Source of the DNA: the human T2T-CHM13v2.0 reference genome, Homo sapiens
Assembly (NCBI RefSeq): GCF_009914755.1
Contig: NC_060933.1
Direction: 5' to 3' (one strand)
Length of the DNA: 64,000 nt
Shown: in pieces, positions 27,901 through 42,560 of the stretch
How the letters are laid out: the number at the start of each line of letters is the position of its first letter
How positions within the stretch are numbered: the stretch's first letter is position 1
The notes under the pieces: model-generated
The model's input: only the letters and a program-made list of their open reading frames with translations
Database searches by the model: none
What the model was told of the DNA's origin: nothing
Position numbers and translations under genes: made by a program

Positions 27901-30261
27901 CCTTCACCTAATTCAGCAGTGAGAATGCTCAGTCTCCTTACTCCAGAAGAGTCAGGACTACCCATGTCATCTTGCATATGATGGTAGGAACTATTCCCTC
28001 CTTTTTTTTAATCGTTATTTTTATTTCAAACAAGTATTTACTGAACCCCTTCTATGTTTTAGGCACTGAGATCTCAGGATCAGACAGTCTTGCTCCTCCT
28101 CTGTCCCTCCAGGAGTTCACTTTCCGTGGATCCCCCACATTCGGTAATAATTTCTTTAAAAGCACAAACAAAAAAACTGGCATAGCCTTGTACATCTTCT
28201 GGAGTCTGATGGCTAAGAAAGACTAAAACGGGAAAAAAAAAAAATCTGTGTATGTAAAAGCACCATATTCCCAAATCATTTTATCAGGTCACATTCTGCC
28301 AAACTGATGAACTCTTAATTTAAGGGAACAATTTGTCAAGGCTCTGCTAATTGCAGATATTAGCATATCAGACCAACCAAAACTTAGAAAACTTATTCTC
28401 TTGATAAAATAACAGATGTGGCCATTTTATATAAGCCATAATGCAGACAGCATACACTTAGGTCTAGAACACATCTTTGCTCACCCATTACACTGAGTAC
28501 AGACTGCCATGTCTCTGAATGAGACACCCATCCCAAGGTCTAATTTAACGCCATCTGGTAATATTCCAGATGCAAGAGTGTGATGCAAATTTTGATGAGT
28601 CAAATTTTAGCACCAACTTTTATGCAAAAGTCTATACCCTGTAAAAACCACTTTCTCAATAATTCCTAAAGCAATACTCTTAGGGAAAACAATATAATCG
28701 AGTTTTATAGGAGGGTAGGTTTCTTAATACCAGCTGGCAATATTTGGGCCCCGAAGCATGAGAACTGATCATATTAAAATCCAGATACCAGCTATTATAT
28801 CTAAAATTGTTGCTTCATTCATATTTAGCATGAAGAGGAGCCTATCTAAAGCAGGCTCTATTTAATACAATGTGGTTTTAATTGGAGTCTGTTTTAGATG
28901 AGCCACCTGTATTTCATCTTTTTAAAATTATCCATAATTTTCTGCGCAATTTGCCTCTGCAACATAACGAAGAGCAGTTAGTTATAAATTATTGCCATTG
29001 TTTAGACGTCTAAGAAGAGAAAAAACTCTCTATTTACTGAAATACGATGGCCCTGTACCAAAGAACAAAATGGGGAGCCCAAGGTTCTAGTTCTGTCCCA
29101 GTGCACAAATGAACAAGGCCATACATAAATGTTATTAATAAGCCTTAACTAGAAAAACAACAGATTAAAACCCTGTTAGTCTTACTCCAGCTAAACTTCA
29201 TTTATGGCTACTCTGAAGCCTACTGTTACAATAACTAAAGTCTCACATTCTTTTCTACTTAAAAGAGCCTCTTTTTAAGCATTTCTAACCGTGAAAATTC
29301 TGCTTCCAGCAACTACCTCAAATAACTTTTTTTGGTAGTGCGGTAGCTCTACTTTGCAATTATGTCTATACCAATATATTCTTGGTTTGTTTTCAACTAA
29401 AACCATTCAAAAGTTTTTATAATATCATTATTTCTTCAATATTTTCCATCTTCATCGTGTTTATCTAATAATTGTTAAGGTATCCGGAAATACAGTATAT
29501 CGTAACATCGTGACAATGTTTCCTATTCAGATCCAAGTAAATAGCGGTTTGCAAACTAAGGTATGTTTATTTCTGTGATGGCTACAAGAACCACCCAAAG
29601 AAAACATCTAAAATGCAACTTTTAAAGAAGATTCTTCAATCAATCTGTTCTGAATTACCAAAAACATACCCCAACAGGTAAGTCAGAATTTCAGTGGGTG
29701 CCAAATATATTATAATTATTTTTGATAACATGCTAAAATAATGCTTACTCTAGGCTATTTAGCAAAAGATAAAACTGTCACAATCCATGTAAATGTGCTG
29801 ACACTGTTTATTAAACTACCCTATCCAAGCGTTTCTCTTGATGCTTACCAGCTAATACAAGTGATTCCTAACTAGTACTTCTCTAAACAAACTGTTCCAC
29901 AAGACTCTACTCATCCCGTGTTCTGACAGGACTATTTATATGAATAATATTCCCCAATTGCAATTTGTCCACTGTGCAAATTCAATGGACTTAGGTATGC
30001 TATAGAAACAGCATCTTTCTCTTTGCAAATGTCAATGTATTTTTTTCCTTCAATATACTGTATCTATTCCTCTATTATTAAGTTCTGAGCTTGCTTTACC
30101 TTGTCCGCTATTTAAAACATTCTGATTTGAAAGTATCACCAACAGCTTATGTGATTTTCCAAATTTCTCAAAATACAGTTGTCACCATTAGTCACATGAA
30201 GTCTGGATACTGTCTGGTGACAAATAGGTAAACCAAATATGATTATTGTTATTAAGAGTAA

Positions 30262-30604
<343 letters not shown>

Positions 30605-32105
30605 CAAATACCTCATTCTTAAACCCCAAAGTCTGAGCCCAAGAAGCAGTGTACACTGAGGGGAGGGGGAACACATACTAATAAAGGTGTTTTTTTTTTT
30701 CTTTTAATCCAACCCAATAACACCAGCAATTTCCTTACATATTCCATTATGGACATTGTAGCTTGAATTCAGTGCCACTTGACAGAATCTATTAGTAATG
30801 TGGTCTGTATAAATTACATACCGTATACTCCATATGGAAACCTATTTTCAAAATAACCTATGCTTAATAACAAACATAACTTGGGGTATCTTTTGCAGTT
30901 TCTCTTGCAGTCTTAGCTGCATTATTTCAGCAATTTGTCTGTTCAGGTATTTAGTCTATGAAGCCAAGGCTTTTAAATTTTCTCACTGTAGTTAAAAAGA
31001 GATTAACTTTAATCCCATGTCATATTAGTTACAAGATAACTAGACTCTTTAAAAGCACCATCAGAAATTATCTTGATTCAGAAATTACTCTGAACACTAG
31101 TAGGTTAACAGTGCTCCTGCATAAACATACTTGTTTGTGGAAATTACTGATTTTGTTTATTTACTTTATAATTTTATGTATTTTTTTCTTGGTCTCTGTC
31201 AGATAAAATTTGTTAGTCAATGTGCCACAAACTCTAACTTTATTTAATATTTTATAATACTTTTGAATACCTTGATAACAGCAAGTATTTTTTCATTTTA
31301 ATAAATGTGGTCTGGTGTTTATGTCAAAAATTTACAAGAAAAAGCTATTTTACTGGAAAGTAACAAAAAATAATTGTGATTAGGACAGAGCTCAAATTAA
31401 TACTGCAGATTTTTGTGTGTATGCAAAAGATATAATTAGAAGTCATATTTCAAAATTGGACAGACAATTCTATTATACAGATTTCTTGGCCAACTTTTGT
31501 TGGCAACTCAAACAAGCTAAATAAATTTCTAGATACGATCTATAATAAACTCAACAGATAAGCTACAGAAATGTTTAAGATTTGGTGCCTAGAGGCCATA
31601 ATCAGTTTTTAAAAGTAAAGGTTTCTTCAACACAGAGAAGGCAAATTTGCTTATTTAAAACCTAACAAACAATACATCCCACACTCCATATGGCAAAGGG
31701 TAGGATGGTGGTGAGGGCAGGGGACAAAAGAGTTCCCAAAAAGTAAGGGAATGTGTAGAACAGGGGATACATTAAGAGGGTTGGTTTGTTTGTTTTATTA
31801 ATATTCAGAAACTGGAAACAATTTAAACTTAAGATTGAAAAAGACTCAAAATCTGCACAAAGCATATGGCAAAATAATCTTAGGAATGTTCCTTGGACTA
31901 CTCCAGAATTTTAGAATATGGAGACTGTTAAGATGAGTGAACCAGCAGACACTCAAAGGCTAAAATGTGAAATTACATTCGCATGTTGGTCATATAATCA
32001 TAATGCTGAAAAATTATCTACAGAAAAAAAAATCTGCTAACATAAAAATAAGAAGGTCTGACCATCCATAGTTCATGGTTCTAGAAGATGCAAGTTTTTA
32101 GGTGA

Positions 32106-32405
<300 letters not shown>

Positions 32406-33885
32406 AGATAAGCTTTTTGTATAATGCCTACATATCTATATGCCATGAAGCATGGATGAAAGAAGAATCCAGTAACAGATTCCAAATCTAAAGAACAACA
32501 AGAAAATACCTGAAGGGAAGTGGAGAACTTCCAGGTTATTCTATCTTTTATTTCTTCCTTTTTTAGCCAAGCTACTGGAATTCTACATCTCACCAGATCC
32601 TCAAACAAGGCAAACAGGTGGGATGTTATTTGAAACTACAGCATTTATTTAACCAATAAACTAGAAGAGTGTTCATGCAAAATCTAGATTCAATTTAAAT
32701 CATTTGTCCTATATTATTCCATGATTTAAATATATATATATATGTATTTTTTTTTTAAAGCTCACATAGTGCTTTCCTAGCTAATGGGAAAAACAAGCTA
32801 GAAGACCCTTAAGAGTAAACCCTGCTGTGGTTCAAAGACAACTGCTCTTAATTTTTTTTTTCTTCTTCTTGCCATATAGAAAGAGGCAATTTTTTTTTCT
32901 CTATCTTCTTATCTTCTTTTCCTACCATACCCTTATGGCTTTTATTAGCCACATCAAAGGGTATAGAATTAATTTTGTGTTCAAAATTACTCAATAACAA
33001 TCCCCATATATGAGCTCTTACAGGAAATCACATAAAGAAATAAGACTCTTAAAGTGCCTAACTGACAAGCAAAATTTAAAAGGAAACTGCCCCCTTTACT
33101 GTTCATGTATTCAGAACTAAAGTGAAGTTGGAATTATGTGAGAGATGCAGTGAGAGATTCAGCAAGCATTCTTACAGTGTAAACACAGCAGTTCAAGTTG
33201 TGATGTTCACCCAACATCAAAGCCATCTATCCAGAACATGCAGGGGCAAGCCTCCGCCAGGGAAGACCTGTCTGTGTCAAGTAGATTGCTCTAACTCCCC
33301 AAAATAACCAGTGTGTGATTTAAATCACAACAGTATATAATAAACTCTGGCTTTATCATGCTAATTCCAAGTGTTCAAAGCCATTACTAAATTTCTGAGG
33401 CTGGCCAAAATATTTATTTAAAAAAAAGCAAAAACAGTAACTTTTCTAAAAGGCAGCAGCCTCATGTATTTCAAAGATGTGTACACACAACCATGCATCT
33501 AACACACCTGTAGGGCAAAGCAGGCCTCACCTGGGTGAGGAGAGTGCCCCAGCTACTAGAAATTTTAAGATACAAATGAAACTAGATTAAAAGAAAAAAA
33601 GCCATCTGTCTCATCAAGGTTGAACAAGATATATCAGGCAAAGAAAAAAAAATGCATAGATTCAAAATGCGAACAGTATTGTGGTGTAATATACATACAG
33701 TGAAATAAACAGATTTTAAGTGCCCAGCAAGAATATATTTTGGAGGGAACATGCAAAAAATCAGAAATATACTTAGGTGTGGCTGATAACAAAATCACTG
33801 GGACATCATAGGCAACTATAATTAGCAATGGATGACTCCGAGCAGGATTGGATCCGCCTCCTAAATTTTAAATGATTGCTTCAAG

Positions 33886-34049
33886 CTAAATTTCTGGGAA
33901 CTTCTTTGGTCTGGTAATCAGTCTGGGAGTCTTGTAGGAACAAGCTTTCTCGTGATATTTCCACTGCCTCGTGGTTTCTGGCAAGGTTGAGCCGTCTACA
34001 GAAACAAGATTTTCTAACAGTGTTTTGTTATTTCCATTTCCTATCTCAT
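33886..34049 (-). other. Candidate alternative terminal exon, reading (D)EIGNGNNKTLLENLV...KKFPEI*
   Basis: Acceptor cacttggtttcag; frame open to TAG at 33886; several CpGs; AATAAA on the - strand at 33418-33413. Confidence 0.25.
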
Positions 34050-35439
34050 CTGAAACCAAGTGCATAGACATAAAAATGTTGAAAATACATACATAAGCAA
34101 ACTTTTCATCAACAAAGTTGTTTCTAAATCAACTCAAATGAAATTCATCAATAGTACTTTGAAGAATCAAGGCAGATCATTACTGATTACTGGATAAAAC
34201 AGAAAACTTGGATAAAAATAATTTTATATTTTTTAATATTCTCCTAACTGTCCAGCATTAAGAAAGTTTAATAATTAAGACATTTTAGTAAGTTAAACAC
34301 CCAAAAAAAGTCTTAAGATTACAAGGATTTTTCCTACACATGATTCTTCAGGCTCAGGTTCTCCCCTGTACCCCTCAAATGGCCTGTATGGCTCTAATTA
34401 CCTGTAAAACCCTTACATATAGGTTATGTTATCATGCATTATGTGACATTCCACTCATAAAACTATAGTCCTAGAGATAGACAACCTTTAAAAGAAAAAA
34501 AAACCTTCATCTACGAAAATACACTAAACAGAAAATGGCAAACTACAAATAGAGTACGATAATACTATTTTTAATGTTTCCTTCTCTCCATTTATTTTAA
34601 ATGAGTAAAATTGAGTCTCTTTCTAAACGCACATAAATTGCCTCACTTAAAACCACTGGATAGGATTTATGATTCTCAGTAGGGAATGTAACATCTAAAC
34701 ACAATGATAATATAAATTGCAAAAGTTAAAGATAATAATTAGAAAGTAATAATGTCTAGCATAGCAATGTAATGTAAGAATAATGATTCAATTATTATTG
34801 ATTTGAAAATACATTCTAAAAGTCCAAGGTTTAAGAAACTCTCATAAGAAGAAAAAGGATGTCATGTGTAATAGGCTATTTTCCCTCAAAAGAAACTTTT
34901 CCTTAATGTGAACTTAATAAGTTTGAGGTTATCAAAAAAATTACTGTACTTATTTTTTAAAAACAGAAGTTAATAAAGTATTCTTGGATGACACTTTAGG
35001 AGACATTTTATCAAAACCAAATTTTAGTTCAATAACAGAAATAATGAAAATTTATATTCATAACAATGTTGTTATTGGTCTCTGTTAAGCAATGGAAAAA
35101 ATCTGGTCATTTTATTCTAATATTAAATTTTAGCATTTGCTTACTAATTACCAACATCTAGAAAGAAGAAAAGCTCAGTGTCTGGCATGTTTGTTTCTGT
35201 AGACATAGGTCTAACATATGTATTTCAAAAATGATTTCAAGTTTTAAGAAATAATTGCAATCTCAATACACCACTGTTGAATGCTACCACTATATTCTTT
35301 TCTATTATCTTTATGTTAGTGCCTCTTCGTTAATTCTCATATCAAATTTTTTTATGTCCTTATTAACAACAATAACAACAAAACCAAATGAACCTTACAA
35401 CAACACATGTGAAAACACAGGAAAAAAAAAAATCTCAAG

Positions 35440-35738
35440 TCAGGCACACTGGCTCATGCCTGTAATCCCAGTGCTTTGAGAGGCTGAGGCAGGAAGACCG
35501 CTTGAGCCCAAGAGTTTCAGACCAGCCTCGGCAACACAGCAAGACCTCCATCTCTACAAAAATTTTTTTTAATACTTAGCCAGGTGTGGTGATGCATGCC
35601 TACCATCCTAGCTACTTGGAAGGCTGAAGCAGGAGGACTGCGTAAGCCCAGGAGTTCAAGGCTTCAGTGAGCTATGATCGCACCACTACATTCTAGCCTG
35701 GGCAACAGAGTGAGACCCTGTCTCATTAAAAAAAAAAA
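35440..35738 (+). mobile_element. AluJ-like
   Basis: gtcaggcacactggctcatgcc...gagttcaaggcttcagtgagctatgatcg; TSD aaaaaaaaaatctc. Confidence 0.95.
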
Positions 35739-38629
35739 TCTCCAAAGTGGATTACATTTTTTCCCCCATTAGTGACAGACAGCTTGAGGGATTTTTTAAG
35801 AGTGATTTTGATTTTTACAGATCTATGAACCCATTTCTATTATAGCTCTTCTAAAGATTATAAATAAAACGTAGTAATACAAATCTCTTCTTCACAAAAA
35901 AAAAAATAGAGACTAGCAAAGAATTTGATACACCTCTGTCCTTAATTTTGCCAAGTCACATTTCAGGTTAAGAAAATTAAGCAAAAGAAGAAAACAAAGT
36001 CCTCAGACTACAAAAGCCAAGAGTAATAAAATAAGTGCATTGGTGATTAAATCCAGAAACCAAATATTCAGAGAGGGTCTCAATCTCTCTCTCTTTCTCT
36101 CTAAGCTACAACCATCATTCCTATCACATTTCATATCCAGATCATCTAAACAGATTATATTAAATACAAATACATGAGAGTTCAGCTAATTTTGACACTT
36201 TTACAATGTTTAACAAAACACATGAGGGATAAAATCCTTTCATGTTAGAAAATGGCAATTATTAACTACTAGTTTTCAACTAAATTTTCATTTACTGGTT
36301 AATAGTTTCCAAAGAAAGCAGAGAGTCCTCCTGTTCTTATTGCACTTCAACATTTCAAATTATACAACTCAATTAAGCGGTCATTCTATTAGGCTGAGAA
36401 AACATGTAGAACATATTCAAGTTTATGCAAGAAACTGTGAGGGATGGTTTGCCGTATACATTAAGCATGACCTTAGGCATGTATTTTAAGAGTGTTTGAT
36501 AACCCTATACACCCTTCAGAAATACCCCAACAGGAGGCATCAAATTTGTAAACTTCAGCTTGCAGCATAACAGACTAGCTAGGGAAGAGTCCAAACTGGG
36601 CATCAGAACAGCTGCAACCAAGACCTGGCTCTGCCCCTTGTGGTCACAGGACATCCAGGTTCTGGATTTCAGTTCTTACAGTGAAACTAACACTAGGATC
36701 CTGTTACTTTAGAAAGAGAGGTGTCTAAGAACTCAAGAAGCAGTACGTTCACAGCTCTAGAAAGAGTTAAGACACCATCACTGTGAGCATTTACAGATGT
36801 GCCAGGATGTGAATATAGGAAATTGGACCCTCAGAACAAGACCTTAGAAATGCTCACAGAGAAATGCATGAGAATTACTGGATAAAGTAACTACTGGAAA
36901 ATACAAAGAATGAAGGCTTTGTTCTATGTTGTAGAAATCATTACCAGAAAAGTTCATTCTCAAAGAAAGACCACTGATTACTTTTTTAAATCCCTGCACA
37001 AAAGTAATCACACTATGTACAGTATGCACAGTATGATAATTTTTCAAAATACTTCAGATTGTAAATCATTGAAAAAGTCAGTGAGAAGATTAAAATAAAA
37101 TCATGGAAAAGATCTTAAATTATAACAGAAAGGAAGTGGTCAGATGAGTGGGACATTTCTTCTCTCCTTCAAGAACCTTCCCTTTCCCATGTCTGGGAAA
37201 CACAAAAATCTACACCAAATAAATTTGCTGAGGCACTTTCTCAGATATTTTAAAGTGAGCTATTATTAATATTACAAATAGGTTTACTATCCCAATCTGT
37301 TGCCTCTATTTAATTAATTTCCTGATTGTTTAGTCTAATTTGCTAGACTGTTTCAAAAGATAACTTAATTTCACCACTAAAAATTTCTAGATTAATAAAG
37401 TATTCGGATGCAAATTACATATTGGACTAAACAATCCTGCTATCACATAAGTGTCTGAAATCAGTGGTTCCAGCTAAGATTCCAAAACTTCTAGTCCAAA
37501 TAAATGTTACATTTCAATGGGGGCATATGGATTAAATGAAATAAAGCATATATACAAAGATATGGCCATGTTAAATATGTATCAAATATGTAATCAAATA
37601 TGTAAACTCTCTTTCTCTCTAAGCTACAGCCATCATTCCCACATGAGAATTCCCTTTTTTTGGAAGATGCCAAGAAATAATCAAAATACCATGTAAGATG
37701 ATGCTATTTAATGGAATGGCCATTTTTCTGTTTGCTGTTAACATTTAATTAAAAGTCACAGGCAAATATCTACTAACGTACTGGTTAAAGATTTTTCCTT
37801 CGCAATTCAGTAAACACCCAATGCAGCAAGTTATTAAGCAACATTTATCATCTGATTTACCATCATGTTCTATAAGCCAAAATAAGTAGTGACCCTTCTT
37901 CTAAAACACTCACCTGATACTAGAAAATTACCTTGCCAACATGCTCCTTCCACTTCGTTATCCTTGAAATTACACCTAATATAATACAAGTTTTGTTGTT
38001 TACTTTTATACTTTAAAGTGAGCACATAAGGATTTTTTTAAGGAAAAGGAGAAAGAAAACAGTATCTGTAAACATTAACAAGTCTCAATAGCGTTCTGTT
38101 TTATAAATTCTATTTTAGGCAATACTGCAACAGCTTTTCATTCTGACCTAAGAAACATCTCCAAAGTTCTTTCAGGTGGCACTAGCATTGCTACTCACCC
38201 TGGACTCTTCTTTGAAAGGTAGAGTACATATTTTAACATATTCTTCCTTACTATATAGCTTTCCTTATTTTCTCCACACTGAGAAAACAACACAAACCAT
38301 ACTACAAAACCACTGACCAAACCACCCTTCCCACAGCATGTGCCTCACTAAAATTTTTCTTTCACTTCTGAGGACACAAAATCTTTGAAGCAAATCTACA
38401 ACTAGTGGCCAAGCGTCCATTTGGCAGTAGGAAGACTGTCATCACTAATATCCCATGCTGTCTTAAGATTCAAGAATCAAGGAAGAAAAACAGTGAGTGC
38501 CTTGGGGCCACATTTTTTGTTTTCTTAATTTTGGCTTTCAAAATACAGTCTACAGTCCCTATGGCTTAAATAGTCTACACAAAACTTTGTTTTGGAATGA
38601 AAAGCAATAATCAAATCCTTCTAGGAGAA

Positions 38630-39177
<548 letters not shown>

Positions 39178-41359
39178 CTACTCACAGAATAATTTTACTT
39201 TCTGTAAGTCTCAGCAACCCCAAACATAAGTAAGAAAGGCTGGTCTGGAATCCACATTCCTGGTTTTCAACCTTGGCTATACATTTGAATCACCTACGGA
39301 AAGTGAAAAAAATATCCACGCATAGCCCCCTCCAGCAAAGATTCAACTTTTACACTGGTTATGGTGTAGCATCTTAGGAGCTGCACCATATATGATCTTA
39401 GGTCCCTCTTATTTTTAATTCTAGAATTCTTTGCTTTTTTTGCATGAAAAAATATGGAGAAATTATATTCTAAGCATGTGAAAAGCAGCAATCACATCTG
39501 ATGTTTCTTGGTACTTATAAGGGTAGCTGCTATTCAAAAATCATTTTTAGCTTCTTCTGGAGTAAATGGGACAAATACATGGCTCTTTTTCTGCCCCAAA
39601 CTGACCTTCCTCAGCATGGTTTAAGATTAAAGATTTTATATTAAAGAAATCTTCAAACAGCTGTCTTCAGCACAATTTTCCTCAAGAACAATAGGAACAA
39701 GTAGCCAGTTTTAAAAATCTTGAGTTCTCTTAACACCATAAACTTTCAGAAGAACCTATGGGAGGTGTGGAATGGGGTAGGGCTACACCTATACGCCTGT
39801 AATAAGTACCCCAAGAGAACCTTAGAAGAGCTTTCTGATAACCTTTCAGGAAGTCAAAGCAGAGATTCACAGATTTACAAATGGTAACCTACATCAAAAG
39901 ACTTTGAAATATCTTTTATTTCTATTCTGCCTTTCTACAATGATATCAAAGTTTCCTATACATACCAAATCAAAAGATATTCCAGAGAGATATTTTCATT
40001 CTCAATTTATCAATGGAGTCAAGGGGCAAGAAGAGGAAAAGAATCTAGATATCTAGAATAACCTTAGGTGGCCCCCTCAAGTTATTGCAAGATGAACAGA
40101 GAAATGACAAGGTTGAATCAAGTGATCCCTTAGGTTCCAAGCACCTTAAATATGTTTTGATTAAAATTTTTAAACAAGATTCTCTCTTGGATGGTATTGA
40201 GCATTGAAAATAAACTTCACAGGCAACAAAACTTAAAATTAAAGCTGGTACTATCTAATCATGATGACTATTAATAGAAAAAAATAAATCAACTCGGTGC
40301 ATTCTAGATATGCTAAGTCATTTATAGTCATAGGGATTCTGAATAATCCCAAATTCTCTAAAATGTTCATCTTTTTCTTTAAGCTTATGTATTGTGTTTA
40401 TAGAAAATCACCATTTATCCTTTAAACTAGTCATAACAAAGATGAAAGGAAAGATGTAATCAGTGGCATAAGACAGTTAACACAGTGTCAGTCTAAGAGC
40501 ATCAAGAGAGAAACAGAAAGACAGTAAATAAGTAGCACATATCAAACATTGCACAGCCAGCCCAGCAACTGTCAAGGAGGGGATGAGCTTCCCAATGGAG
40601 AGTAGCTGCTGCCTTGTGCAGGTTTCTTTTCTCTTTCTCTTTCTTTTCTTTTGGCTAGTGCTGATTTAGGTACTTACTTTGCTTTTTCTCTTTCAATTCA
40701 AAGTTTGAAAGAAACTAGAAACTGTTCCAAAGTACACTTCGTAAAGCAGCCCCTAACTCTTCAACTTTCTCTGCTTCACAAAGTCGTCAGCATTGTAAAT
40801 CTAAGCCATAATGAAGACGCTACATTTACATACTTTAAAGAAATCATTCCTGACTGCTGTCATAATAGTCTCTTAGGTAAACTCTTAACACATACAAGAA
40901 TTTCTCTAGTCCTTGTCTATGACTTGCAGGTAAAAAAGATAACAATTAATAATGTTCCTTGAACCTTGGCTTGGATAAGAGAAAAAGAAGATTTGAAAGA
41001 GTAGAGGAAGAGGCACAGGGAGACAGTCTAGGTTTCTTCTAACTCTATATTGCTGTGGAAAAGTTAAAGAATCTTGTCTCAAAATCTTCACCTTCAAAAT
41101 GTGCACAACAGTTCTTACTACTATTCTTTATAAAAAATTATTATTTTCTGCCTTTTCACATGTTCTAAGACCCTTAAATGAAAAGAATTCAATGCAGTTA
41201 GAGGCTCCAGTTCACGTCACATTTTTATACTTTTCATAATATTCAATAGCTTAACAATTATATTACACTGGATATTTTATACCCAATACTAAACACATGT
41301 ACATTACCACACTGTCTATTTTATACTTGGGAGGAGATGTCCAGAAAGTATTTGTGGGA

Positions 41360-41600
41360 CTTAGAATAGAATGTTGGTGGGACTGGATGTCAGATCTGGA
41401 ATCACATCCTTGTCCCATCACAGCACAAGAGTTGTATAACCATGGGTAAGTTATTTAGGCTTAGTTTCCTCAGCTAGCAAGTGGGAATAATAACAGTATT
41501 AACATAAACAGGATGTTAGATTATATATAAATTAATGTACATAAATTCTTAGCATATTGCTTATAATGGTTAAATAGTTTAATAAAGAATAAGTATTATT
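41360..41600 (+). mobile_element. MIR
   Basis: ggatgtcagatctggaatcacatcc...gggtaagttatttaggcttagtttcctc...gggaataataacagta. Confidence 0.75.
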
Positions 41601-42194
41601 AACCTAATCACCCAGCACTTCTGTCCTAAAGGTATCTAGAGACCAGCAGGATTACAAGATCCTCTCAAGTAGCAACTCAGGTCCAGAACCATTCTGGGAC
41701 TTCTGAGGCCTTTAAAACCTACAGAGAAAAACACTGAGGGCAGGATACATTATCGAAAATACACATCAGGAGACGCTCAAAGACAAAGTTCCTTTCAGGT
41801 CATTCCACAGGGTTCTGAAAAGGCCTTCGTATTGTTTCAGAATCCTCACTTGTACACAGCAACACGTCTACCTTCCAGTTAGCAAAACAGTTTCACAACG
41901 TAAGTGAGGATAGCAAAAGTTTTAAGATGTTCTAAACCATCTCAGTGAACTGGAGGTCACCATTCCTTCTGAAGTTCAGGATGTGAACCAAGAATACCCA
42001 GAAGCCTGAGAATTTGGGATGGGCATTCAGCCCACAGCTGGGGAATTCCAGCACCCTTGGGCAGGGAAGTAGTAAAAAAGTGAAAGTCTGATGACAGTCA
42101 ACTATTTGTTAAACTCAAGAGTTGCTGCAATTTTAAGATGTCTCCACTATATAGAAACAACTCATAAAATATGTCTAAATATTCATTTTTTAAA

Positions 42195-42560
42195 TGGCTG
42201 TTGTTTACAGTGAAATACTACTTGGTAATAAAGAAGACACAAACTACTAATACACACAACAATATGAGAAAAACAAACAAAAAAAGCCAGACACAACATA
42301 GTACATACTGTATGATCCAATTTATATAAAGTTCTTGAACAGGTAAAATGAATCTATTGTGACAAATCAAAATAATGGTTGCCTTAGGGGAAAGGAGATT
42401 AACTGGAAAAGGCATAAGGGAACATTATGGGGTAAAGAAAATGATACGTACTTTGGTTGGGGCGATAGTTTAATATGAGTATACACATTTTGTCACAACT
42501 CATAAACTGTACACTTAAAATGGGTCTATTTCATTCTGTGTAAATTGTACCCACATTTAA
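42195..42560 (+). mobile_element. L1ME-type 3' fragment
   Basis: aaaagccagacac...tacatactgtatgatccaatttatataaagttc...ctgtacacttaaaatgg...tgtaaattgtacc. Confidence 0.8.
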
